A stretch of DNA of 64,000 nucleotides from an uncultured Eubacteriales bacterium (GTDB lineage Bacteria; Bacillota; Clostridia; Lachnospirales; Lachnospiraceae). Numbering within the stretch: position 1 is the stretch's first letter; every line of letters begins with the position of its first letter. A model generated the notes under the pieces. The model saw nothing but the letters and a program-made list of their open reading frames with translations, was not told where the DNA came from and did not search any database. Location of the stretch: contig ONLT01000115.1 of NCBI GenBank assembly GCA_900318755.1, positions 6,633 to 70,632 on the forward strand. The letters run 5' to 3'. A program made the position numbers and the translations under genes. Positions 56,001 to 64,000 of this stretch are shown here, in pieces.

Positions 56001-57665
56001 CCGCCCCATTATCTGTGCGACGAATGCAAGTACGTCGACTTTGATTCCGAACAGGTGCAGGAGTACAAGGCGATGGGCAAGGCCGGATGCGATATGCCGG
56101 ACGCGTACTGCCCGAACTGCGGGAAAAAGCTGACGAAGATGGGATTTAACATCCCATTCGAGACCTTCCTGGGATTCAAGGGGAACAAGGAGCCGGATAT
56201 TGACCTGAATTTCTCGGGCGAGTACCAGAGCAAGGCCCACAAATACACGGAGGTCATCTTCGGAGCGGGTCAGACGTTCCGCGCCGGGACGATCGGGACG
56301 CTCGCCGACAAGACGGCGTTCGGATACGTAAAAAATTACTACGAGGAGCGGGGCGTCCATAAGCGGACCTGCGAGATCGACCGGATCGTGCAGGGCTGCG
56401 TCGGCATCCGCAGAACGAGCGGACAGCATCCGGGCGGCATCATCGTTCTGCCCTTCGGGGAGGACATCAATTCGTTTACGCCGGTGCAGCATCCCGCGGA
56501 TGATATGAACACCGACATCGTGACGACGCATTTTGATTACCACTCGATTGATTCCAACCTTCTGAAGCTGGATATCCTCGGGCACGATGATCCGACGATG
56601 ATCCGAATGCTGGAGGATCTGACCGGGACGGACGCAACGGAGGTTCCGCTGGATGAGCCGAAGGTCATGAGCCTGTTCAAGAGTACGGAGGCGCTGGGAA
56701 TCAGCCCGGAGGATATCGGCGGCACGCAGCTCGGATGTCTTGGCGTGCCGGAGTTCGGGACGGACTTCGTCATCCAGATGCTGCTGGACACAAAGCCGGA
56801 GTGCTTCTCGGACCTGATCCGCATCTCCGGCTTGTCCCACGGGACGGACGTCTGGCTCGGCAACGCCCAGACGCTGATCGAGGAAGGGAAGGCGACCATT
56901 TCCACCGCGATCTGCACGCGCGACGACATTATGACGTATCTGATCGAAAAAGGCCTGGAGAGCGAGGAGTCCTTCACGATTATGGAGCGCGTCCGAAAGG
57001 GAAAGGTCGCGGCCGGAAAAGTCAGGGAATGGCCCCAGTGGACGAAGGACATGAAGGATCACGGCGTACCGGACTGGTACATCGAATCCTGCGAGAAAAT
57101 CAAATATATGTTCCCGAAGGCGCACGCGGTGGCGTACGTTATGATGGCGTACCGCATCGCGTGGTACAAGATCTATTACCCGCTCGCTTATTACGCGGCG
57201 TATTTCTCGATCCGCGCGTCGGCATTTTCCTATGAAAAAATGTGCATGGGGAAGGAACGCCTCGGGGAGTACATGGACGGGTACCTCGCCCATAAGGATA
57301 CCGCGACGAATCAGGAGCAGGATATGTACAAGGACATGCGGATTGTGCAGGAGCTGTACGCCCGCGGATTCTCCTTCACCCCGATCGACCTGTACCGGGC
57401 GAAGGCGCACCGCTTCCAGATCGTAGACGGAAAACTGATGCCTTCCCTTGACTCCATCGAGGGGCTGGGGGAGAAGGCGGCCGACAGCATCGTGCTGGCC
57501 GCCCGCGACGGCGTATTTCTCTCGAAGGACGATTTCCGGAAGCGGGCGAAAGTCGGACGGACGGTGTCCGACACGCTGGACCGTCTCGGAATCCTGAAGG
57601 ATCTGCCGGAAACGAATCAGATTTCGCTGTTCGATTTCGGGGACGGCAAAAGGAGCGCATCCTGA
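53022..57665 (+). CDS. polC: DNA polymerase III PolC-type
   Basis: PHP (ELHCHT), embedded exonuclease (FDLETTG), GSRGSVGSS, PDIDLNFSGEYQ, FPKAHA, C-terminal QISLF clamp motif. Confidence 0.98.
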   Translation: MMNSMETDTRLFSDVFPGLDPGKRLEGVLSGVRVERVTLNRRKDHLRVYISGDTCIEKQYIYELEDAIKDQLFPDVPVTVTVIEHFHLSKLYTPQTLMDLYRDSIELELSRRSHILAYLFHTAVLSYPSDREMVMALEDSAVARGEEETLYRAVEQIINERCGMRVSIGISYYKAQRSERLKKSEHLMRAAAEHVIARTPLGRRASEERPAEPAALGTETSGNDSPAAKGEKTGEKASGKKSADKAGSFRSGSGKSSIGQKRGRSLVQTDPGDPDQLYGRNIEGDSMPIADLDEFSGTVIIRGQIIAEESRPLRNGRGLVILTVTDDTDTIRVKCFVSQEEIPEMESKLRKGTFIRVQGKAVVDSFEHELAVLSVTGIRKSADFRRKRFDNYPEKRVELHCHTKMSDMDGITDAGVLVKRAYEWGHPAIAITDHGVVQAFPDANHAMEEIDGAYRKQYEKDHPEASKEELKKVSAPFKVIYGMEAYLVDDMKGIARNSRGQKLSDTFVVFDLETTGLSNQTCRIIEIGAVKVEGGKITDRFSTFVNPGIPIPMRIEQLTSITDADVEDAPDIGTVLPQFLEFCGDAVMVAHNADFDIGFILRECERRQIKKEFTVVDTVAMARVLLPGLSTFKLDKVAKAAGVPLGHHHRAVDDAACTADIFVKFTEMLAERDIFDLDALNEFGAMDEGAKRKLPSHHAIILATGETGRVNLYRLVSESHLHYVYKMRARLPKSVVMKHREGLLLGSACVQGELFDALLRGADDREIARIVNFYDYLEIQPIGNNAFLIDDEKQDSVKNEEDLRDLNRRIVKLGEQFGKKVVATCDVHFIDPEDEIYRRIIMSGKKFRGADDQAPLYLHTTEEMLKEFSYLGSDKAHEVVIDSPQAIADQIDKISPIRAGKFPPVIKDSDKTLREICYRRAHEIYGENLPEIVSARLERELTSIISNGYAVMYIIAQKLVWKSNEDGYLVGSRGSVGSSFVATMAGITEVNPLPPHYLCDECKYVDFDSEQVQEYKAMGKAGCDMPDAYCPNCGKKLTKMGFNIPFETFLGFKGNKEPDIDLNFSGEYQSKAHKYTEVIFGAGQTFRAGTIGTLADKTAFGYVKNYYEERGVHKRTCEIDRIVQGCVGIRRTSGQHPGGIIVLPFGEDINSFTPVQHPADDMNTDIVTTHFDYHSIDSNLLKLDILGHDDPTMIRMLEDLTGTDATEVPLDEPKVMSLFKSTEALGISPEDIGGTQLGCLGVPEFGTDFVIQMLLDTKPECFSDLIRISGLSHGTDVWLGNAQTLIEEGKATISTAICTRDDIMTYLIEKGLESEESFTIMERVRKGKVAAGKVREWPQWTKDMKDHGVPDWYIESCEKIKYMFPKAHAVAYVMMAYRIAWYKIYYPLAYYAAYFSIRASAFSYEKMCMGKERLGEYMDGYLAHKDTATNQEQDMYKDMRIVQELYARGFSFTPIDLYRAKAHRFQIVDGKLMPSLDSIEGLGEKAADSIVLAARDGVFLSKDDFRKRAKVGRTVSDTLDRLGILKDLPETNQISLFDFGDGKRSAS

Positions 57666-57681
57666 AGCGGCCTCCGCCGGA

Positions 57682-58791
57682 TCAGCCGAAGGTCGGAGGC
57701 AGAATTTCGCTGATGGTCCGGATCAGCAGATCGTTGTCCTCCGGCATCATGAAGCAGAACCGGAAGAACCGGTTTGAGAGGAACGGGAAGGTTGAGCAGT
57801 TCCGGATCATCAGCCCCTTCCGGATGCAGTGATCGAACAGCAGGTCGGCGTTGACATCCTCCTTCAGGATCTTGACGAGCATGAAGTTCGCCTTCGGCTC
57901 GTACACGGTGACGGTGTCCCAGCCGGAAAGCCCGCGGTAAAGCCTGCTCCGTTCCGACGCGATCAGATCGTGGGTCTTTTTGATGTACTCCCGGTCCTGA
58001 AACATCAGTTTTCCCGCGATCTCAGCGAGGGAGCTGATGGTCCAGGGGTCCTGCCGCTCGCTGATGTGGCGGTGCAGGTCGCGGCTTCCGGTCACGGCGT
58101 AGCCGAGCCGGAGCCCCGGCGACGCGAAAAATTTCGAGGTTCCGCGCAGAATGGCCAGGTTCGTATAATAGCCGGCGAGTGGTACGGCGGAGATCCGGTC
58201 GTCCGCGTCGGTGAATTCCACGTACGTCTCGTCGATCATCACGAAGATGCCGTGCTGGAGGCCGGCGTCGAGGATGCGGCGCATTTCGTCCGCGTTGACC
58301 GCGGTCGAGGTCGGGTTGTTCGGATTGCACAGGACGAGCAGATCGAGATCATCGGTCAGATGCGCGCAGAAATCATCCACATCCATCTGAAACCCTTTGG
58401 ATTCCTGAAGGGGGTAATACAGCGTGTGCCCGCCGTTCAGGGTAATTTCCCGCTCATACTCGGAGTATGAGGGGCCGAGGATCAGCGCCTTTTTCGGGTG
58501 AACTGCGGAAATCACAAGGGAGATGAGCTCCGTTGAGCCGTTTCCGACGATGATCTGGTCGGCGGATGCTCCGCAGTAGGCGGCGATGCACGCGCGGAGA
58601 TCTCTGTACTCGCGGTCCGGGTACGACTGAATCGCGTCCAGATGCTGCGCCAGCTGGCGCTTCAGCTGATCCGGGATGCCCAGCGGATTGATGTTCGCCG
58701 AAAAACTCGTGATATCTTCCTTCTTTATATGGTAAATTTCTTCGATTTTCTCCAGATCGCTGCCATGAAAATGGTCCTTGTGATTGAGCAT
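57682..58791 (-). CDS. PLP-dependent CobD/HisC-family enzyme (threonine-phosphate decarboxylase-like)
   Basis: FHG, FSANINPLG, YPD, GNGSTELI, CNPNNPT, DETY, SKFFASPGLRLGY. Confidence 0.85.
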   Translation of the reverse strand: MLNHKDHFHGSDLEKIEEIYHIKKEDITSFSANINPLGIPDQLKRQLAQHLDAIQSYPDREYRDLRACIAAYCGASADQIIVGNGSTELISLVISAVHPKKALILGPSYSEYEREITLNGGHTLYYPLQESKGFQMDVDDFCAHLTDDLDLLVLCNPNNPTSTAVNADEMRRILDAGLQHGIFVMIDETYVEFTDADDRISAVPLAGYYTNLAILRGTSKFFASPGLRLGYAVTGSRDLHRHISERQDPWTISSLAEIAGKLMFQDREYIKKTHDLIASERSRLYRGLSGWDTVTVYEPKANFMLVKILKEDVNADLLFDHCIRKGLMIRNCSTFPFLSNRFFRFCFMMPEDNDLLIRTISEILPPTFG

Positions 58792-58932
58792 GGCTTCCTC
58801 CCTCTTTAATTGCGAACCCTCTGATGCTGATGTATAATAAAATTGAATGCAAAATCGCAAAATTCCGATGCATGTAATTGGTTATTATGATAAATCGTGA
58901 CAGAAATTCAGTCAAGATAAGGCGGTGCGTGA

Positions 58933-61900
58933 ATGGAAAGCACAATGCAGAATCAATACAGTCCGCTTCCGGGCGTCATCTGTTCGGCAAAGTCGATTGA
59001 GATGAAGCTTCGGCCCGGCGAGCAGCGTCAGGGCTCGGTTGAGATCCGGACGGAGGACGGAAAAAAAATACAGGGCGTCGTAACGTCCGACAACCGGCGG
59101 ATTTTGCTGGCGGAGAATTCCTTTCGCGGAGAAAGCTGCAGGCTGCTCTACGGGATCGACACGAAGGGACTGCCCTTCGGCTCGGTGATCGAGGGCAGTC
59201 TGATTCTGATCAGCAGCGCCGGCGAGATGAAGATACCGGTGCGGGCGGAGGTCGCGCTGAACACGGAGAAGAACACGCCGGAGGTGCGTGATCTGGACGC
59301 GTTCGCGGAGATCTGCCAGAAAAGCCAGCGAGAGGGGTTCCGTATTTTTACGGCCCCGTCGTTTTCGGAACTGCTCCGGGGAAATGATGCGGTTTACCGC
59401 GCGCTCTACCGCGGCATGACGGCCGGCCCCGTGACCTATCAGCGCATGGAGGAATTTCTCGTCGCCTGCGGCCGCAAGGAGATGCTGACTTTTACGGCCG
59501 ATCAGACGGAAAAGAGTTTTTTTGGCGTAAAAGAGCAGGAACAGGACACGATCTATCTCTATAAAAATACGTGGGGATACGAGCAGCTCGACGTGAGCGC
59601 GGAGGGCGGCTTTATCACTCCGGCGAAGAAACGGATTCTGACGGAGGATTTTGTCGGACGGGTTTTCGCGCTCGATTTCGTGATCGATCCAAACCGCCTT
59701 GGAAAAGGCGTGCGGCACGGCGTGATCCGCATCAGCGGCGCGCACACCATGATTGAGATCGCGGTGACGGCCTCTGTAAAATCGGAGACGGCGCTGGTGC
59801 CGGATCTGTTTGAGAAGCAGCAGAAAGTCAGGCTGTACCGCTGTCTTTTGGACCGCATGGAAGGGCGGATCGACGAAAAGGACTGGCAGAACCTGTCGGC
59901 GACGTATCTTCGCGAGCTGCGTCTCTCCAACACCGCGTCGGCGGAGTACCTGTTCTTTGAGGCGTTTCTCGCCTGGAAACGACAGGATGTGGCCCGGGCG
60001 ATGGAATTTCTCTGGCCCGTCAAGGACGGCACCGTATCGGTGACGCGGGATGAGGAGCGATGCATGTACCTTTATCTCGCCAAGATGACGACGCTGCTTC
60101 CGGACGAGCAGCGGGAGATTCTCCCGGAGATCGCGGAGGCGAGAGCGAAGCATCCGGACAGCTATCTCCTGCTCGGACTCTGGCTGCAGGAGACGGGGAG
60201 CAATCCGTCGGCGGAGCATCGTTTTGAACTCCTCGACGAGTGTTTCCGCGCGGGGTGCTGCAGCCCCTTCCTTTACCACGACGCCCTGGACCTGATGAAG
60301 GAGCACAGCGCGATTTTCCGCAAGCTTTCATCCTTCGAGCTCTGTGTGCTGGGATATGCGGAAAAACACGGGATGATGACCGGGGAGCTGGCGGAGCGTC
60401 TCGCATTCCTCTCCCATAATCTGAAACGGTTCTCGCAGAGTGCGTATGCGCTTCTTTCAGAATGCTACGAACGCGATCAGAGCGAGGATCTGCTGGATGC
60501 GGTCTGCCGCCTGATCGTCAAAGGGCAGCCGATCCGCCGCGAATACAACCGCTGGTATCTGCTGGCGATCGAACGGAACCTCCGCATCACGCAGGTCTAC
60601 GAGTATTATATGGAAACTGCGCCGGATGACGCATCGCAGCTGTTTCCGATGCAGGTGCTGATGTATTTTTCGACGAACGACACCCTGGGCGCGGGCCGGA
60701 AGGCGCTGCTGTACGCGAGCGTGGTGCTCCACAGGGAAGACGCGCCGGATGTCTATGATCTTTATCGGACGAAGATGCGCGCCTTCGCGGCGGAGATGCT
60801 CGAAGCCGGAAAAATCAGCGAAAACTGCGCGATCCTCTACCGGAATTTCTTTCTGCATCCTCAGGACGGGCGGTGCGCCGCGTTGCTGGCCCGCGTTCTG
60901 TTCCAGCAGAAGATGACCGTGCACGCGCCGGGATTCCGCCGGGTGATCATATGCTGCGAGGGCATCGAAAAGGAGGAGAGCTACAGCATCGCGGACGACG
61001 GTACCGCGTACGTCAGTCTCTATTCGGAGGGCGCCTGCGTGCTGTTTGAGGATATGCGCAGAAGGCGGATCTGCACGGCGCTGGATTATGAGATGACGCC
61101 GCTTCTGGATGTCCGCGAGTCCATCCGGTACTGCACGGAGCAGAACGTGAAGAACGCGGGACTGCTTCTGGCGGCGTGCGGGGAGCGGTCGCATCAGATG
61201 AAGATCGATCCGGGCAATATCGGGATGTACCGCCTCGCGGAGTCGGTCGACGGGTTCACGGAGGAGTACCGGAAGACGATCCGGAGAAAAATTCTGGATT
61301 ATTATCTGTCGCGGCCGGACGATTTTTCGCGGGTTGAGTTCGTACAGTCGATGAACCCGGATGTCTACGCCGAGGCCGACAAGGCGGGAACGGTCGCGCT
61401 CCTGATGGAGGAAGGCCGATACGAGGAGACGTTCCGGCTCCTGTTTGAGTACGGATACGAGAACATCGCGGCGGGGCTGCTTCTGCAGCTGGCGAGCCGG
61501 ATGATTCTCCGGAAGGACGGCGCCTACGACGAGGAGCTGCTCTACATGACCGCGTACGTCTACCGAATGGGCAAGTACAACGACGACATGCTCTGCTACC
61601 TGAGAAGTTATTACGACGGTCCGGTGAAGGAGCTTTGCGGCCTCTGGAGGAGACTGAAAGGATTTCAGCTGGACACCTTCCGGCTCGAGGAGAAGATTCT
61701 GAAGCAGGCGGTTTTCGCCCATGCGTTTCCGGACGACGCGGATGAGATTCTCCGCGATTACCTGAAGGAGCAGGGCAGCCGGACGGTGGCCGCCGCGTTT
61801 CTCGCGTTCCTCTCGAAGGCGAAGCTGCTGGAGGATCACGATCTTCCGGATCCGCTTCTGGAGATCATGGAGCGCCTCTCTTTTGGCGGATGCACTCTGA

Positions 61901-62457
61901 CGACCGGAATGAAGATCTGCCTGCTGGAATATTATTCGGGAAAAACGGTGCTGTCCGCGGATCAGACGAAGCAGGCGGAGAAACTTCTCGCGGACCTCGA
62001 TGCGGAGGACGTCCGCTTCGGATTTTTCCGGAATCTTCCGCACAGCCTGATCGAAAAATATCAGATCGAGGACCGGGCGTTTATTGAGAAGCGTCTGGCT
62101 CCCGGCAGGAAGGTGATGATCCACTACCGCGTGCAGCAGGGAAATCATGAGCCCGGCGAGTGGAACACCGAGCCGATGAAGGACGTCTACCACGGGATCT
62201 ACGTGAAGGAACTTCTGCTGTTTTACGGAGAAACGGTTTCCTGGTATCTGACGGACGGCGAGGGAAAGGGCGAGCAGAAACTCGGAGAAGATACCATCCG
62301 CGTCACCTCGATGGATACGAGGGGCGAGAGCCGGTTCAAGCTGCTGAACCGCATCATCAAGGAGAGGTGCGAAGGCAGGACCAGGGACGCAAAAAACACG
62401 ACGGACCGCTATTTAAAGCGGGACGAGTATGTATCGTCGTTTTTCACGCTGATGTAA
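58933..62457 (+). CDS. Large protein, DUF5717-like (two Ig-like domains, alpha-solenoid, C-terminal beta-sandwich)
   Basis: 1174-aa ORF with genome-like codon usage; family recognised from memory; domain layout inferred from sequence pattern. Confidence 0.75.
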   Translation: MESTMQNQYSPLPGVICSAKSIEMKLRPGEQRQGSVEIRTEDGKKIQGVVTSDNRRILLAENSFRGESCRLLYGIDTKGLPFGSVIEGSLILISSAGEMKIPVRAEVALNTEKNTPEVRDLDAFAEICQKSQREGFRIFTAPSFSELLRGNDAVYRALYRGMTAGPVTYQRMEEFLVACGRKEMLTFTADQTEKSFFGVKEQEQDTIYLYKNTWGYEQLDVSAEGGFITPAKKRILTEDFVGRVFALDFVIDPNRLGKGVRHGVIRISGAHTMIEIAVTASVKSETALVPDLFEKQQKVRLYRCLLDRMEGRIDEKDWQNLSATYLRELRLSNTASAEYLFFEAFLAWKRQDVARAMEFLWPVKDGTVSVTRDEERCMYLYLAKMTTLLPDEQREILPEIAEARAKHPDSYLLLGLWLQETGSNPSAEHRFELLDECFRAGCCSPFLYHDALDLMKEHSAIFRKLSSFELCVLGYAEKHGMMTGELAERLAFLSHNLKRFSQSAYALLSECYERDQSEDLLDAVCRLIVKGQPIRREYNRWYLLAIERNLRITQVYEYYMETAPDDASQLFPMQVLMYFSTNDTLGAGRKALLYASVVLHREDAPDVYDLYRTKMRAFAAEMLEAGKISENCAILYRNFFLHPQDGRCAALLARVLFQQKMTVHAPGFRRVIICCEGIEKEESYSIADDGTAYVSLYSEGACVLFEDMRRRRICTALDYEMTPLLDVRESIRYCTEQNVKNAGLLLAACGERSHQMKIDPGNIGMYRLAESVDGFTEEYRKTIRRKILDYYLSRPDDFSRVEFVQSMNPDVYAEADKAGTVALLMEEGRYEETFRLLFEYGYENIAAGLLLQLASRMILRKDGAYDEELLYMTAYVYRMGKYNDDMLCYLRSYYDGPVKELCGLWRRLKGFQLDTFRLEEKILKQAVFAHAFPDDADEILRDYLKEQGSRTVAAAFLAFLSKAKLLEDHDLPDPLLEIMERLSFGGCTLTTGMKICLLEYYSGKTVLSADQTKQAEKLLADLDAEDVRFGFFRNLPHSLIEKYQIEDRAFIEKRLAPGRKVMIHYRVQQGNHEPGEWNTEPMKDVYHGIYVKELLLFYGETVSWYLTDGEGKGEQKLGEDTIRVTSMDTRGESRFKLLNRIIKERCEGRTRDAKNTTDRYLKRDEYVSSFFTLM

Positions 62458-63600
62458 ATGGAGGCAATCATGACGAAGCACAGACTGATCATCGGGGCGG
62501 ATCTGTCCGGCAGCCGGCCGGAGATCTGCTACTATGACAAGACGACGAAGCAGTCGGCGGCGCTCCCGATGAAGATCGGAAATTACAACGTCACCCTGAC
62601 CGAGCTGTTTGAGAAGAGCGCGGGGGACGAGGAATCGTCCAGAACGGTTGCGGATCTGTTCCGCGAAGTTTTCCGCACCTTCGGAATTGAGGAGATCCCG
62701 CGGGAGATCGTTGGCATGACGGTGACGTTTCCGAAGGTCGACGCGAAGATGGTGCGCATGATCCGAAGGGCATTCGAGCTGCTTGAGATCCCGCGCTCCA
62801 GGACGTATGTGCAGGACTACAGCGAGAGCTTCTACAGTTACATGGCGTATCAGAAAAAAGAACTCTGGAACCGGGGAGCCGCGCTGTTTGCGTTTGAGAA
62901 AAACCGTGTGCAGTTCTTCCGTTTCGCGTCGGGAACGGCGCGCCACTCGCTGCTGATCCGCGTCGGAAGTCTGGATCCGTGCGATCTTCCGCAGGATCCG
63001 GAGCAGAAGGACCACACGTTTGCGGAATACGTACGCAGCAGCATCGGCGACGGAATCTACTCCAGCGTGTTCATCACGGGGGAGGGGTTCGACGAGTCCT
63101 GGGCGGATGAATCAAAAAGGATTCTCTGCGCGAGGGGACGCCGCGTCTTCACTGAGGATTCGGTCTTTGTGAAGGGCGCCTGCAACGCGGCGCGCGAGCG
63201 CTTCGACGAAAAAAAGCTGACCGGAGTGAAGTGCCTCTCGGATTCCATCGTCCCGTACAACATCGGGATGGATATGATCGTCGGCGGGAAGATGGCGTAC
63301 TACCCGCTGATCACGGGCGGATCGCACTGGTACAATACGACGTGCGACTGCGAGTTTCTTCTCGGATCAAAAAAGGAACTGGAGTTTCAGGTGAGCGGAG
63401 TCGAGACCGGCGGACGATACAGCGCCGTGATGAAGCTGGACGGCCTGCCGGACCGGCCCGGAGGGACGACACGGCTCCGCCTCCACATGGAGTTTACGGG
63501 GGAACGCGTCTGCACGGCGGAGGTCACGGATCTCGGGTTCGGTGAACTGTTTCCCGCGAGCGGGAAAACCTGGAAGGAAGAACTGGGGGATGTCAGATGA
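62458..63600 (+). CDS. DUF5716-like protein; degenerate Hsp70/DnaK-like fold
   Basis: IIGADLS, MTVTFP, VFITGEG, DSVFVKGA, VPYNIG, LDGLPDRP..TTRL...VTDLGFG; alternative start ATG 62470 with GGAGG RBS. Confidence 0.75.
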   Translation: MEAIMTKHRLIIGADLSGSRPEICYYDKTTKQSAALPMKIGNYNVTLTELFEKSAGDEESSRTVADLFREVFRTFGIEEIPREIVGMTVTFPKVDAKMVRMIRRAFELLEIPRSRTYVQDYSESFYSYMAYQKKELWNRGAALFAFEKNRVQFFRFASGTARHSLLIRVGSLDPCDLPQDPEQKDHTFAEYVRSSIGDGIYSSVFITGEGFDESWADESKRILCARGRRVFTEDSVFVKGACNAARERFDEKKLTGVKCLSDSIVPYNIGMDMIVGGKMAYYPLITGGSHWYNTTCDCEFLLGSKKELEFQVSGVETGGRYSAVMKLDGLPDRPGGTTRLRLHMEFTGERVCTAEVTDLGFGELFPASGKTWKEELGDVR

Positions 63601-64000
63601 GTGAATGTATGCTTTGCCAGACCCGGAGGGCGGAACATCCTTATTTAATCGGGAGCATCGGGCTGCGCGTGTATTCGGTCGAAGAGCTTCTTTATTTTAT
63701 TGAGCATAACATCGCGCTCCTCGACGAAACGATCCTGAACGGTGATCTCGTCCGCTGGATGAAGGAGGAACTCCGCATGCGGAGACTCGCGGTCAATCTG
63801 TCGATGGTGATGCAGAGGAAGTTTTCGGTCCGGGAGTTTGTACTTCCGATCTTTCGGGAGGTTCATTATCCGGATGATGAGACAATCCGGAAAATCGATG
63901 AAGAACTGAAGAAGGCGGAGGAACAGCCCTCCGCCGTCCGGACAAAGGAGCGCGGCGATGCGCTTTTCCGGTACGGCAGGTATCTCCTGGCGATCGACGC
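63597..64000 (+). CDS. TPR-containing protein (runs off window), not in the ORF track
   Basis: ATGA overlap with previous stop; open to window end: MSECMLCQTRRAEHPY...KERGDALFRYGRYLLAIDA. Confidence 0.8.
   Translation, partial: MSECMLCQTRRAEHPYLIGSIGLRVYSVEELLYFIEHNIALLDETILNGDLVRWMKEELRMRRLAVNLSMVMQRKFSVREFVLPIFREVHYPDDETIRKIDEELKKAEEQPSAVRTKERGDALFRYGRYLLAID

Noticed and set aside
53682-57410. 1242-aa antisense ORF (and similar ones opposite pepD, the DUF5717-like gene and the MacB permease)
   Set aside because: Shadow frames expected from GC-rich codon bias on the sense gene; no recognisable motifs.

Overview
GC-rich chromosomal window from a Bacillota (Clostridia, most likely Lachnospiraceae, judged by polC, spoVG, glgD, DUF5648 proteins and a DUF5717/DUF5716-like pair). 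It is mostly housekeeping DNA: glgD, spoVG, rsmF-like, tRNA-Pro(CGG), malQ, nth, proA, clpX, lspA, mscL, thyA-folA-ispG-polC and a cobD/hisC-like gene. It also holds several transporters and a patch of secreted cell-wall proteins. I see no integrase, transposase, prophage or CRISPR array. Most interesting observations: (1) a tightly coupled operon at the right end encoding a 1174-aa Ig-like/alpha-solenoid protein, a 380-aa protein that by eye aligns motif-by-motif to a shrunken, catalytically degenerate DnaK/Hsp70, and a TPR protein; (2) an OPT transporter-PqqD/RRE-PepD unit with no RiPP machinery; (3) a five-gene flavin/Fe-S dehydrogenase in the gene order I recall for archaeal pdhAFXB, with a divergent orphan transporter; (4) a self-contained ~150-nt promoter-to-terminator transcript with an 8-codon ORF; (5) a 36-bp piece of an alpha/beta-hydrolase gene copied 8.9 kb away; (6) a 51-bp palindromic tandem array; (7) a Fic protein apparently lacking its inhibitory motif and a membrane-anchored HNH nuclease. 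All family assignments come from motif recognition by eye; no database searches were run.
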